This document shows positions 38,800 to 47,946 of a DNA stretch of 64,000 nucleotides, piece after piece. The DNA is taken from positions 3,772-67,771 of the forward strand of contig JAYENL010000130.1 in NCBI GenBank assembly GCA_034722055.1. Reading direction: 5' to 3'. The stretch is from Armatimonadota bacterium. GTDB lineage: Bacteria; Armatimonadota; Zipacnadia; Zipacnadales; UBA5352. The notes under the pieces were generated by a model, which was not told where the DNA came from, did not search any database, and saw only the letters and a list, made by a program, of their open reading frames with translations. The stretch's first letter is position 1. Each line of letters opens with the position of its first letter. The position numbers and the translations under genes are program-made.

Positions 38800-38952
38800 T
38801 CAGAACCTTTCCTGGCGGTGCCCCGCAGCAGGGTCGCTTAGGCCGCCGCGCACTCCCCGCCCCAGGAGGCGAACGACGGGCGCCACTCAGCGCGCCCGCG
38901 TCGTGCTCGGCGTCCCGGGTTGTCCATGCTGCGGGCACCTGAATCGGCTGGC

Positions 38953-39029
38953 TGGCAGGGGCAGCGGGACTCGAACCCACAACCGCCGGTTTTGGAGACC
39001 GGTGCTCTGCCAAATTGAGCTATGCCCCT
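38953..39029 (-). tRNA. tRNA-Trp (CCA)
   Basis: Cloverleaf AGGGGCA...CCGGT-CTCCAAA-ACCGG...GGTTCGAGTCC...TGCCCCTGCCA. Confidence 0.96.
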
Positions 39030-39060
39030 GCCCACGACTTCTGGGGCGAATGCGACTGTG

Positions 39061-39222
39061 CTATCTGCGCAGCCGCGTCTCCTCGTGCTCCGTATGCTTG
39101 CGGCAATGCGGGCAGTGCTTACGCAGCGTCAGCGTATCAGGGCTGTTCTGACGGTTCTTCTGCGTGTAGTAGTTGTGTTCGCCGCACTCGCTGCAGCGAA
39201 GGATTATCTTCGTTGCCGGCAT
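39061..39222 (-). CDS. rpmG: 50S ribosomal protein L33 (zinc-binding form)
   Basis: Manual translation [53 protein letters not shown]. Confidence 0.93.
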   Translation of the reverse strand: MPATKIILRCSECGEHNYYTQKNRQNSPDTLTLRKHCPHCRKHTEHEETRLRR

Positions 39223-39239
39223 CTGTCACATCCGCCCCA

Positions 39240-40442
39240 TTACTCGACGACCTCGGTTACGACACCGGCGCCCACCGTCAGGCCACCCTCGCGGATCGCG
39301 AAGCGAACGCCCTCCTCCATCGCAATCGGCTGGATGAGCTCCACGGTCATATTGACGTTGTCGCCGGGCATGACCATCTCAGTGCCCTCCGGCAGCGTCA
39401 CGTCGCCGGTGACGTCGGTGGTGCGGAAGTAGAACTGCGGCCGATAGCCGGTGAAGAACGGCTTGTGCCGGCCGCCCTCGGACTGGGTCAGCACGTAGAC
39501 CTCGCCCTGGAACTTCGTGTGGGGCGTGATGGTGGCGGGGGCGGCAACCACCTGGCCGCGCTCGATCTCATCACGCTCGATGCCTCGCAGCAGCACGCCG
39601 ATGTTGTCGCCGGCGCGCCCCTCGTCGAGGGTCTTGCGGAACATCTCCACACCGGTCACAACCGACGTCTGCGTCTCCCGCAGGCCCACGATCTCCACCT
39701 CGTCGCCGGTCACCACTCTCCCGCGCTCCACCCGGCCGGTGGCAACCGTGCCGCGGCCGGAGATGCTGAAGACATCCTCCACCGGCATCAGGAACGGCTG
39801 GTCGATGGGCCGCTGCGGGGTGGGGATGTACTCGTCCACGGCGTCGAGCAGCTCGAATATGGGGCCGCACTTCTCGCAGTCCCGGCCGCCGCAGCCGCAC
39901 TCCATGGCCTCCAGCGCTGAGCCGGAGATCACCGGCGTGTCGTCGCCGGGGAACTCATAGCTGTCCAGCAGCTCCCGCACCTCAAGCTCCACCAGCTCCA
40001 GCAGCTCCGGGTCGGCGATGTCAACCTTGTTGAGGAACACCACCATGGCCGGAACGTCAACCTGGCGGGCCAGCAGAACGTGCTCGTTGGTCTGCGGCAT
40101 GGGGCCGTCGGTCGCCGCCACCACCAGGATGGAGCCGTCCATCTGCGCCGCGCCAGTGATCATGTTCTTGATGTAGTCCCTGTGGCCGGGGCAGTCCACG
40201 TGAGCGTAGTGGCGATTCTTCGTCTCGTACTCAGCGTGGAAGGTCGCGATGGTCAGGCCACGCTCCCGCTCCTCCGGAGCGGCGTCGATCTGGTCGAACT
40301 CCAGCGGATCAGCCCAGCCCTCGTCGCTGTTGGACAGGCACTTGGTGATCGCTGAGGTCAGCGTTGTCTTGCCGTGATCGACGTGACCGATGGTCCCGAC
40401 ATTGACGTGCGGCTTGGTCCTCTCGAACTGCTCCCTCGCCAT
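39240..40442 (-). CDS. tuf: Elongation factor Tu
   Basis: [39 protein letters not shown]. Confidence 0.98.
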   Translation of the reverse strand: MAREQFERTKPHVNVGTIGHVDHGKTTLTSAITKCLSNSDEGWADPLEFDQIDAAPEERERGLTIATFHAEYETKNRHYAHVDCPGHRDYIKNMITGAAQMDGSILVVAATDGPMPQTNEHVLLARQVDVPAMVVFLNKVDIADPELLELVELEVRELLDSYEFPGDDTPVISGSALEAMECGCGGRDCEKCGPIFELLDAVDEYIPTPQRPIDQPFLMPVEDVFSISGRGTVATGRVERGRVVTGDEVEIVGLRETQTSVVTGVEMFRKTLDEGRAGDNIGVLLRGIERDEIERGQVVAAPATITPHTKFQGEVYVLTQSEGGRHKPFFTGYRPQFYFRTTDVTGDVTLPEGTEMVMPGDNVNMTVELIQPIAMEEGVRFAIREGGLTVGAGVVTEVVE

Positions 40443-40562
40443 GGTACTTCCTGCCTCCTAGCACCCTCACGCTGCCCAGCAAATCCGGGCAGTGGCCGGC
40501 GGGCGCCGGCCGGTCCGGTGGTTGAACATGCACCCGGATGTCACCGGGCCGCTACAAAGCTC

Positions 40563-40637
40563 TGGAGCCCACGACGGGACTTGAACCCGTGACCTTGTCC
40601 TTACCAAGGACACGCTCTACCACTGAGCTACGTGGGC
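40563..40637 (-). tRNA. tRNA-Thr (GGT)
   Basis: GCCCACG...TGTCC-TTGGTAA-GGACA...GGTTCAAGTCC...CGTGGGCTCCA. Confidence 0.96.
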
Positions 40638-40647
40638 GACGTCTCTA

Positions 40648-40733
40648 TGGTGGAGGGGGGAGGATTCGAACCCCCGAAGGCATTCGCCGGCAGATTTACA
40701 GTCTGCTCCCTTTGGCCGCTCGGGCACCCCTCC
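40648..40733 (-). tRNA. tRNA-Tyr (GTA)
   Basis: GGAGGGG...GCAGA-CTGTAAA-TCTGC, long variable arm, GGTTCGAATCC, CCA end. Confidence 0.96.
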
Positions 40734-40791
40734 ACCGATCACCTGCTGTCACACGTCCATCCTGCGGCCGTCGCCGCAGCTCACTATCTTC

Positions 40792-40866
40792 TGGAGCCGG
40801 CGGCCCGATTCGAACGGACGACCTGCTCATTACAAGTGAGCTGCTCTACCGCTGAGCTACGCCGGC
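40792..40866 (-). tRNA. tRNA-Thr (TGT)
   Basis: GCCGGCG...GCTCA-CTTGTAA-TGAGC...GTTCGAATC...CGCCGGCTCCA. Confidence 0.95.
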
Positions 40867-40907
40867 TCTATGGCGCGCCCACCGAGGCTCACCCCGGCGG
40901 GCGCATT

Positions 40908-40936
40908 ATCATACATGACGGCCGCTCCGCTGTCGA
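40908..40936 (-). promoter_or_regulatory. Putative sigma70 promoter of the tRNA-tuf operon
   Basis: TCGACA-17 nt-TATGAT followed by a GC-rich stretch. Confidence 0.55.
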
Positions 40937-40951
40937 GTCTCTTTTCCCCCG

Positions 40952-41590
40952 CTACCCGGCGCCGAGCGCCACGTGCTCCTCCAGCTTCTTCTTCGCCCGC
41001 TGCAGGGCGTTATCCACCTGCTTGACGTTCGTTCCCAGGCCCTCGGCGATCTCCCGGTAGGAGTGGCCGTAGAGGTACTCCCGCAGTACCTCCCGCTCCA
41101 GATCCGACAGCGACCGGTCCATCTCCGTCCTGACCTTCCGCTGCAACTCCCTGCCGATCACAGCCGCTTCGGGGCTATCCGGCTCCTCGGAGACCAGGAC
41201 CTCCTCCAGGACCCCCTCCTCCTCGCTATCGGCGGGGGCGGCGTCCATCGACACGTAGGAGTTCAGGGCCTCGTGCTTCTGCCTGCTGGCGCACTTGACC
41301 GCGCTGATGATCTGCCTGGTGACGCACAGGGCCGCGAATTTCCGAAAGCCCCCGAACTTGTGCGCTGAGAAGTCCCGGATGGCCTTGAAGAGACCGATCA
41401 TCCCCTCTTGAATGACGTCCTCTCGCTCGGCACCCATCAGGAAGTAACTCTTGGCCTTGGCCTCGACCAGGCCCTGGTACTTCCGCAGGAGGTATTCTGT
41501 CGCGTCTCCGCTGCCCTGCTTGGCGAGGGCGATGACCTCATCCTCCGCCATGCCCTTCAGCGGACGGCTGGTCCTCACCGACCCCTGCAT
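40952..41590 (-). CDS. sigH: RNA polymerase sigma factor, SigH family
   Basis: YFLMGAEREDVIQEGMIGLFKAIRDF, RQKHEALNSYVS, SYREIAE, VDNALQRAKKKL. Confidence 0.92.
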   Translation of the reverse strand: MQGSVRTSRPLKGMAEDEVIALAKQGSGDATEYLLRKYQGLVEAKAKSYFLMGAEREDVIQEGMIGLFKAIRDFSAHKFGGFRKFAALCVTRQIISAVKCASRQKHEALNSYVSMDAAPADSEEEGVLEEVLVSEEPDSPEAAVIGRELQRKVRTEMDRSLSDLEREVLREYLYGHSYREIAEGLGTNVKQVDNALQRAKKKLEEHVALGAG

Positions 41591-41780
41591 GCGACCCCAC
41601 CTCCACGGGATGCGACTTCTCGTGTCTCCACCTCATCGGCCCCCCTTTGCGGTCGCATTGCTGACCCGCCAGCCGTTACGGCGCGTCTCAGCGCGCCGTC
41701 CCGCACTGCCGGAGTCATCACGGTAAGCTCCATTCCAATGAGCGCTCGTGCGCGGATGTTCCGCGCTACGGTAGACAAAA

Positions 41781-41809
41781 AGTATACCGCACTTCCCGCC
41801 CGGAGTCAA
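41781..41809 (-). promoter_or_regulatory. Putative sigma70 promoter for sigH
   Basis: TTGACT-17 nt-TATACT. Confidence 0.65.
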
Positions 41810-41824
41810 ACTCACCATGTCGCG

Positions 41825-42058
41825 TCAATGACTGTAGTACCAGATGACGGTGCCAACCGAGACCGAGACGATCCAGGCGATGGCGAAGTACTTGGTCAGC
41901 CGCGCCAGCAGCTCCTCACGCGTCCCCTTCCGGAACTGGCTGGCGTCGGTCCCTCCCATCGCCGCGGAGAAGCTCTCGGCCTTCGACGTCTGCAGCACGA
42001 CGGATACGATGAGCCCCAGTGCCGTGACCGCGGATGTGACCTCAAGAGCGAGTAGCAT
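41825..42058 (-). CDS. secG: Preprotein translocase subunit SecG
   Basis: 77 aa, TM-VVLQTSK-loop-LARLTK-TM. Confidence 0.85.
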   Translation of the reverse strand: MLLALEVTSAVTALGLIVSVVLQTSKAESFSAAMGGTDASQFRKGTREELLARLTKYFAIAWIVSVSVGTVIWYYSH

Positions 42059-42088
42059 GGCTGTACTCGACCTCTCACGTAAGGGCGT

Positions 42089-43015
42089 TCAGTTCGTCGG
42101 CGCCTCGACCAGCGCGAGGCGCGTCGCGATCCACTCCACCACCCGCTGCAGCGTCTCCGGCGGCATGCCCACGTGGCCGCCCTCGTACCAGAGGACCTCC
42201 TTGGGCTGCCGCGCCGCCTCATGCAGCGCTTCAGCGGCCTGCGGGGGGATGACGCGATCCTGCGTGCCGTTGACCATGAGCACAGGGCGAGGGCTGATAT
42301 GGCCGACGAAGTGCACCGGGTCCATCTGTCCCAGCGACCTGTCGCGGGACAGCCCCGCGTCGCGCAGGGCGGCCGCCGCGGGGTGCTCGGAGGACTCCAG
42401 GATGGTCGTCCACCCCCCGCCTCCCACCAGGAGCGCCGCGGCGTCGATGCGCTCATCTACGGCCGCCACGATGGAGCCGAGGATCGCGCCCATGCTGGCT
42501 CCCACCAGCACCAGGCGATCCGCGTCCAGATCGCCTCGTATATGAATGTAGTCGATCGCACGCCGGTTGTCAATCACGGTGCGGACCAGCGCCTGCGGGT
42601 CGGCAGCGAGCTGCCTGCCGATGCCCGGGCCCTCCACGGCCCGGTCGCCGTGCAGCGCCGCGTCGATCGCCACCACCGCCACCCCCTGCGGCGCCAACAG
42701 CATCGCCACCAGCCGGGCCTGTCCCTTATCGCCGCCCAGCCCGTGCAGGAACAGCACCACCGGCGGCTCCTGAACCTCCGTCGGCCGCATGACCACCGCC
42801 GGCACCCGCTCCCCACCTGCGCCGGCGAAGGTTAGCTCCTCGACCCGGAAGGCGCCCAGGTCGCGGACCTGTCCGGCCGAGATCTCCAGCGGCGCCTCGG
42901 CGTCATAATCATAGACGGCGCGCAGCGACTGCCAGTCGTCAGCAGTCTGCGCCGATGCCGTTGCGCCTGCAAGCAGGAGCAGTCCGACCAGAAAACAGGT
43001 CGCAGTTCGCCTCAT
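42089..43015 (-). CDS. Secreted alpha/beta hydrolase
   Basis: Signal peptide, LHGLGG, GASMG nucleophile elbow, GTQD, GGH. Confidence 0.87.
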   Translation of the reverse strand: MRRTATCFLVGLLLLAGATASAQTADDWQSLRAVYDYDAEAPLEISAGQVRDLGAFRVEELTFAGAGGERVPAVVMRPTEVQEPPVVLFLHGLGGDKGQARLVAMLLAPQGVAVVAIDAALHGDRAVEGPGIGRQLAADPQALVRTVIDNRRAIDYIHIRGDLDADRLVLVGASMGAILGSIVAAVDERIDAAALLVGGGGWTTILESSEHPAAAALRDAGLSRDRSLGQMDPVHFVGHISPRPVLMVNGTQDRVIPPQAAEALHEAARQPKEVLWYEGGHVGMPPETLQRVVEWIATRLALVEAPTN

Positions 43016-43083
43016 GGCGCCTCGCCGGAGCCGTATGCATCCAATGTAAGCTCCGGCGCCGGTCGGGCGCCGGAGTCACATAG

Positions 43084-43112
43084 AGTCTACACGATACGCC
43101 CGCGCCAGTCAA
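43084..43112 (-). promoter_or_regulatory. Putative sigma70 promoter
   Basis: TTGACT-17 nt-TAGACT. Confidence 0.55.
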
Positions 43113-43238
43113 CCCGTCAATCGCTGATCGCCGGGCGCCGGGATGCCGACTCCAGGTGTCTGCGCAACGACGGAGGCAGACGACCGGCGGGTCTAAAGAC
43201 GCCGCCGCTCCCGACGACGGCGGGTGCCTTCGCCCGCC

Positions 43239-44333
43239 CTACTCCTCATAGAACCACTCCACGCCAATGCGGGCGACGTGCAGGCCGTCGCGCTGGTGGT
43301 AGCTGAGGATCACCATGTCATCGACGAAGTCCACGCTCTGGTAGCCATAGTCGCCGTCGGGCTCGCCGAAGAGGACGCGCTCGTGCTCCCAGGTCTCGCC
43401 CTCGTCGGTGGAGATGGCGGAGACCAGTGGCGTCCGCGCGCGCTCGCCCTGCCCCAGCCCCCGGCAGCGGATCAGCAGCAGGTCGCCGGTGCTGGGGATG
43501 CGATCGACGGTGATGGCCGAGGCGCGCGGGGTCATGGGCACGTCCTCCAGGGCCTCCGGCTCCGACCAAGTCTGGCCGCGGTCGTCGGAGTAGGACCTGC
43601 CGCAGAAGCCGCTGTAGGTGCGGAACATCATCATCAGCCGGCCGTCGCGCAGCTCCACCACGTGCGGCTCCTGCACCTCGTAGTTGGCCTTGACGATGCT
43701 GGAGCTCATCCGCCACGCGTAGCCGTTGTTGTCGGAGTAGTAGGCGGTCGCCACGTAGTTCCGATGGCTGCCCTTCTCGGCGCCCGGCGAGAACTCGGCA
43801 GGGGCGATGATGCGCCCGTCCGACAGCAGCACCAGCTTGTCGTTGTGCACCAGCATGCGCTCGGGGTGGGGGGTGACGATGAACTGGTCGCTCCAGGTCT
43901 CGCCGTCGTCATCGGAGCGCCGGTAGTAGGTGTGGCCGTAGCCGGGATCGACGCTCACGTCGTAGATGTAGGACATCAGCAGGTCGCCGTCCGGCAGCCT
44001 CAGGAAGCTGGGATGCGCGTAGCGGCCGTTCTCGGACGGCGGCCGGGGGTCGGGCAGCAGCGGATACTCCTCGCTCCACGTCTGGCCCCTGTCGTCGGAG
44101 GTCCGCGCCCAGATTCCTGTCTCCTTCCCGCCCGCGACGTAGCCGTAGCGGGTGTAGGCCAGCAGCAGGCGCCCGTCGGTCAGCTCGATGATATCTCCGG
44201 GCATCCCGCGGGGCCCATGCCAGGTCTCCGGCACGGGCACGATGAGCTGATCCTCAAACAGCGCCTCAGCGCAGGCTGCCACTGGCAACAGCAGCAGCAT
44301 CGCCCCGATGAACTCGGTGGTGCTCACGGTCAT
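43239..44333 (-). CDS. BNR-repeat sialidase-like beta-propeller protein
   Basis: Asp-boxes SDDRGQTW, SDDDGETW, SDNNGYAW, STDEGETW; signal peptide. Confidence 0.87.
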   Translation of the reverse strand: MTVSTTEFIGAMLLLLPVAACAEALFEDQLIVPVPETWHGPRGMPGDIIELTDGRLLLAYTRYGYVAGGKETGIWARTSDDRGQTWSEEYPLLPDPRPPSENGRYAHPSFLRLPDGDLLMSYIYDVSVDPGYGHTYYRRSDDDGETWSDQFIVTPHPERMLVHNDKLVLLSDGRIIAPAEFSPGAEKGSHRNYVATAYYSDNNGYAWRMSSSIVKANYEVQEPHVVELRDGRLMMMFRTYSGFCGRSYSDDRGQTWSEPEALEDVPMTPRASAITVDRIPSTGDLLLIRCRGLGQGERARTPLVSAISTDEGETWEHERVLFGEPDGDYGYQSVDFVDDMVILSYHQRDGLHVARIGVEWFYEE

Positions 44334-44436
44334 CGCCTCCCTCTGGAGTGCTCAACGCGCGCACGGCGGCTGGGAACGGCCGGCAACGACCGTGAGCCGT
44401 TCCCCTCGCTGTGCGGGCCTCCGTCCGATCCGCCGC

Positions 44437-44466
44437 TTGTCGCTGACGGCCAGCGTGTGCTAAGCT
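44437..44466 (+). promoter_or_regulatory. Possible extended -10 promoter
   Basis: TTGTCG-18 nt-TAAGCT with TG, just before the GTG at 44478. Confidence 0.4.
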
Positions 44467-44477
44467 GCCAGCGACGG

Positions 44478-46067
44478 GTGCCATCTTCGCTCCCGAGGGA
44501 TCGTTTGCCTGCCTACCGCAGAGAGATACTGGCCGACGAGGTCCACGTGCACGGGCCGCCCGCCGCCAGCGGGCGCGTGCGGGTGGCGCTGCTGTTCCCC
44601 TCCGACTACGCCGTGGGCACGGCCAACCTGGCGCTGCAGGGCCTCTATCGGCTGTTGAACGCGCGTGCCGACGTGCTGTGCGAGCGCGTCTTCTACCCGG
44701 GCATCCGCGAGCGAGGCCGCCAGCGCGATGGCACGCTGCGCTCCCTGGAGCACGCCACGGCTCTCGGCGGCTTTGACGTCGTCGCCATCACCTCGTCGTT
44801 CGAGCTGGACTGGCTCAACATCCCCCCGGCCATGCGAGAGGGCGGCGTGCCGCCGCTGGCCGAGGAGCGCGCGCCGCAGTCCCCGCTGGTCATCGCGGGC
44901 GGGCCGGCCGTTACCGCCAACCCCGAGCCCCTGGTGGGCCTGGCCGACGCTCTGTTCATCGGCGAGGTCGAGCCGGTGGCGAACGATCTCCTGGACGCCC
45001 TGGTGGAGACGGACCTCCGCTCCCGATCCGGACGGCAGGAGCTTCTGGAGCGGCTGGCGGCGCTTCCCGGCTTCTATGTTCCGGCGCTCCCGCCGGACGG
45101 GAGTATCGACCGGGTGCTTCTCGATGATCTGGATGCGGTGCCCACGACCACGGAGGTCCTCACGCCCCGCTCCGAGTTCTCGCGCACCTTCCTCATCCAG
45201 ACAGGCCGGGGGTGCCCCCGAAGCTGCAGGTTCTGCCTGGCGCGCCAGATCTACCACCCCCTGCGGACGCGTAGCGAGCAGTGCATCCTCGACAGCGCCG
45301 GGGTGGGCCTGCAGTTCACCGACCGCATCGGCCTGGTGGGTGCGGCGGTGGCGGACCATCCGCGGATCGAGGAGATCGCCGGGGAGATCGTCGCCATGGG
45401 GGGCCGGATCTCGACGTCCTCTCTTCGCGCCGAGGGCGTGACCCCGGCGCTGATCGAGGCGCTCGCGGCCAGCGGCCAGCGCAGCATTGCCCTGGCGCCA
45501 GAGACCGCAGACGAGCGCCTCGCGGAGGTTCTCGGCAAGCGCGTTCCCTATGAAGCGGTGCGGTATGCCGTGGCACTCGCCAGCGAGGCCGGCCTCACCG
45601 ACGTGAAGCTCTACTTCATGCTGGGGGTCCCCGGCGAGACGGACGAGGCTGCGGATCGGATCGCGGACTACGTGCAGGCGCTGGAGAGCGACGTCGGCGG
45701 CATACATGTGAGCGTGGCGGCGGGCGCCCTGGTCCCTAAGCCGCACACCGAGCTCGCGCGCGCCGCCGTCCCACACCCCGACACGGTGGGCCGGCGGCTG
45801 AGGCGGCTGCGGGGCGAGCTTCGCGCGCGCACCGGCGCAGACCTCCGCAGCTCGTCGGCCCGCTGGAGCGGAGTGCAGACGGCGCTGAGCCGCGGCGGCC
45901 GGGAGCTGGCAGGGGTGATCCTGGCTGCGGGCGGAGGCGGGCCGGACGAGTTCGAGCGCGCGCTGCGCCAGGAGGGCCTGGCTCTGGAGGACTACCTTGC
46001 CGAGCAGACGGGCCCGGTGCCCTGGGAGGTTGTGGGGGAGTGCCAGAGGATGGGGGTGGGCCCATGA
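44478..46067 (+). CDS. Radical SAM protein with an N-terminal B12-binding-like domain
   Basis: VIAGGPAVTANPEP, GRGCPRSCRFC, LAPETADERL, KLYFMLGVPGET, VPKPHT; start uncertain. Confidence 0.87.
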   Translation: MPSSLPRDRLPAYRREILADEVHVHGPPAASGRVRVALLFPSDYAVGTANLALQGLYRLLNARADVLCERVFYPGIRERGRQRDGTLRSLEHATALGGFDVVAITSSFELDWLNIPPAMREGGVPPLAEERAPQSPLVIAGGPAVTANPEPLVGLADALFIGEVEPVANDLLDALVETDLRSRSGRQELLERLAALPGFYVPALPPDGSIDRVLLDDLDAVPTTTEVLTPRSEFSRTFLIQTGRGCPRSCRFCLARQIYHPLRTRSEQCILDSAGVGLQFTDRIGLVGAAVADHPRIEEIAGEIVAMGGRISTSSLRAEGVTPALIEALAASGQRSIALAPETADERLAEVLGKRVPYEAVRYAVALASEAGLTDVKLYFMLGVPGETDEAADRIADYVQALESDVGGIHVSVAAGALVPKPHTELARAAVPHPDTVGRRLRRLRGELRARTGADLRSSSARWSGVQTALSRGGRELAGVILAAGGGGPDEFERALRQEGLALEDYLAEQTGPVPWEVVGECQRMGVGP

Positions 46068-47056
46068 TCGACGCCCCTCTCCCCTACTTCTACCGCCTGT
46101 CGCCGCCCACGGGCTACTACGAGCTGGCGGCCCTGGAGTTCGAGGCCCTGACCGGCGACCCGGCGCCCCAGGCCCAGCCCTGGGAGCAGCGCGAGCAGCC
46201 CACCGATGTCCCGCGCATCGCGTGGTCGCGCGTGGGAGCGGACATCCAGCGCGCGGCCTACCTCGCGCAGTGCTGTCGGCTGCTGGCGAGTGCCGACGGG
46301 CTCGAAGGATTGCTGTCGGCGGCGGAGAAGCTTCACCTGCGACGGGAGCGCTTCCGGGTGCGCGTGCGCAAGACAGGCGGCGTGCAGGCCCCCCGCTCCC
46401 AGCACATCGAGCGCATGATCGCCGACACCATCGATGGCTCGCCGGACCTGTCGCGGCCCGTTGTGCAGATCGTCATCATGGCGCGTCCGGAGCGCTGGCT
46501 GATGGGTGAGCTGGTCTCGCGCACGGACAGTGGCTGGCGAGGCCACGAGCAGCGGCCCTACCAGTACTCCAGCGCGCTGCCGCCGAGGCTGGCGCGGGCG
46601 CTGGTGAATCTGGTGGCGCGCCCGGGCGATCGCCTGATGGACCCGTGCTGCGGCGTGGGAACGGTCCTGGTGGAGGCCGCGCACATGGGCGTCGAGGCCT
46701 TCGGCTGGGACACCAACCGGCGAGTCGTGGAACACGCGGCGTCGAATCTCTGTCATCATGGCTTGGGGGCCTGGCTCGTGGTGGGCGACGGGCGCAGTGT
46801 CCGTGGCCGTTTCGACGGCGCGGTCCTGGACCTGCCCTACGGCCAGTCCACCCCGCGGGTCGAGAGCGTTTGCCGCGGACTCGTTGAGCGCGCGCTCCAG
46901 GTCGCGCGGCATGTGGCCGTAGTCGCCATCGAGGACATGCGCGAGCTGCTCGGTGACATGGGGGCGGAGGTCCTGGGGTGCGCCGCTCTGACCAAGGGGA
47001 ACCTGATCCGCCGGGTACACTGGGCCCGCGCACCGTCCGCTGGCAAGGACGCCTGA
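46064..47056 (+). CDS. Putative RNA methyltransferase (THUMP/Trm11-like)
   Basis: YSSALPPRLARALVN, DPCCGVGT, DLPYG; ATGA overlap with the upstream gene. Confidence 0.8.
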   Translation: MIDAPLPYFYRLSPPTGYYELAALEFEALTGDPAPQAQPWEQREQPTDVPRIAWSRVGADIQRAAYLAQCCRLLASADGLEGLLSAAEKLHLRRERFRVRVRKTGGVQAPRSQHIERMIADTIDGSPDLSRPVVQIVIMARPERWLMGELVSRTDSGWRGHEQRPYQYSSALPPRLARALVNLVARPGDRLMDPCCGVGTVLVEAAHMGVEAFGWDTNRRVVEHAASNLCHHGLGAWLVVGDGRSVRGRFDGAVLDLPYGQSTPRVESVCRGLVERALQVARHVAVVAIEDMRELLGDMGAEVLGCAALTKGNLIRRVHWARAPSAGKDA

Positions 47057-47070
47057 AAGGGGAGGAAACC

Positions 47071-47946
47071 GTGGAGCTGTGGCAGCGTTTCACACAGCGG
47101 GCGCGGCGGTCGATCCTGACCGCCCACTCAGAGAGCAGCGAGATGCGGCAGGACGCTATCGGGACGGAGCACCTGCTGCTGGGGCTGCTGCGACTTGGCG
47201 CGGGCACGGCGCACGGGATCCTCCAGGACCTGGGCGTCGATACCAGCGCGCTGGAGGCGGACGTCCGAAGCACTGCGGAGCAGGGCTCCGGTGAGGGCGT
47301 CCCGGATCAAATCAGCTTCACGCTGACCGCTCAGCGGGTGCTCCAGACGGCCTATGCCACGGCCGGGGAGATGGCCGATCAGCACATCGGGACCGAGCAC
47401 ATACTGCTGGCGCTGGCGCAGGAGGGGGAGGGCATGACGCATGGGATTCTGCGCCAGCACAATGTGTCAGCCGACAGAGTCGGGCCCGCTCTCAGGAAGC
47501 TCAGAGACGAGGGCGAGCCGGTCGAACCTGCGGCTGCCCAGGGGTCCGACCTTCAGCGACCACGGACGGGTATCGAGGCGCTGTCCAGCGACCGCATCCC
47601 GCCGGCCGTGGGGCCCTACTCCCAGGCCATCCGCGCCGGCGACCTTATCTTCTGCTCCGGTGTAATCGGGCTCTCGCCGGAGACGAAGAAGCTGGTGGAG
47701 GGTCCGTTCGAGGACGAGGTGCGGCAGGTCATGAGCAACCTCAAGGCCCTGCTGGAGGACTGCGGCAGCGGCCTCAACCGCGTGGTGAAGACGACCGTCT
47801 TCCTGGCGGACATCGAGCAGTTCCCGGCCTTCAACGAGATCTATGCCGAGTACTTCGACGAGGCGCCCCCGGCGCGGTCCACCGTGCAGGTGGCGGCGCT
47901 GCCCCTGGGCGCCCGACTGGAAGTGGAGGCGATAGCCATTGCTTAG
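47071..47946 (+). CDS. Clp N-terminal domain fused to a RidA/YjgF domain
   Basis: WQRFTQRARR, two GTEHLLL/GTEHILL repeats; then PPAVGPYSQAI, VVKTTVFL, PPARSTVQVAALP, EVEAIA; GGAGG RBS. Confidence 0.88.
   Translation: MELWQRFTQRARRSILTAHSESSEMRQDAIGTEHLLLGLLRLGAGTAHGILQDLGVDTSALEADVRSTAEQGSGEGVPDQISFTLTAQRVLQTAYATAGEMADQHIGTEHILLALAQEGEGMTHGILRQHNVSADRVGPALRKLRDEGEPVEPAAAQGSDLQRPRTGIEALSSDRIPPAVGPYSQAIRAGDLIFCSGVIGLSPETKKLVEGPFEDEVRQVMSNLKALLEDCGSGLNRVVKTTVFLADIEQFPAFNEIYAEYFDEAPPARSTVQVAALPLGARLEVEAIAIA

Noticed and set aside
40563-40866. tRNA cluster as an integration site, and absence of tRNA-Gly from the Thr-Tyr-Thr set
   Set aside because: No duplicated tRNA 3' end or integrase in the window; cluster composition varies normally.
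43224-44477. Long N-terminal extension of the radical SAM ORF (947 aa)
   Set aside because: It overlaps the sialidase-like gene on the other strand; a promoter-like sequence and GTG near 44437-44480 give a better start.
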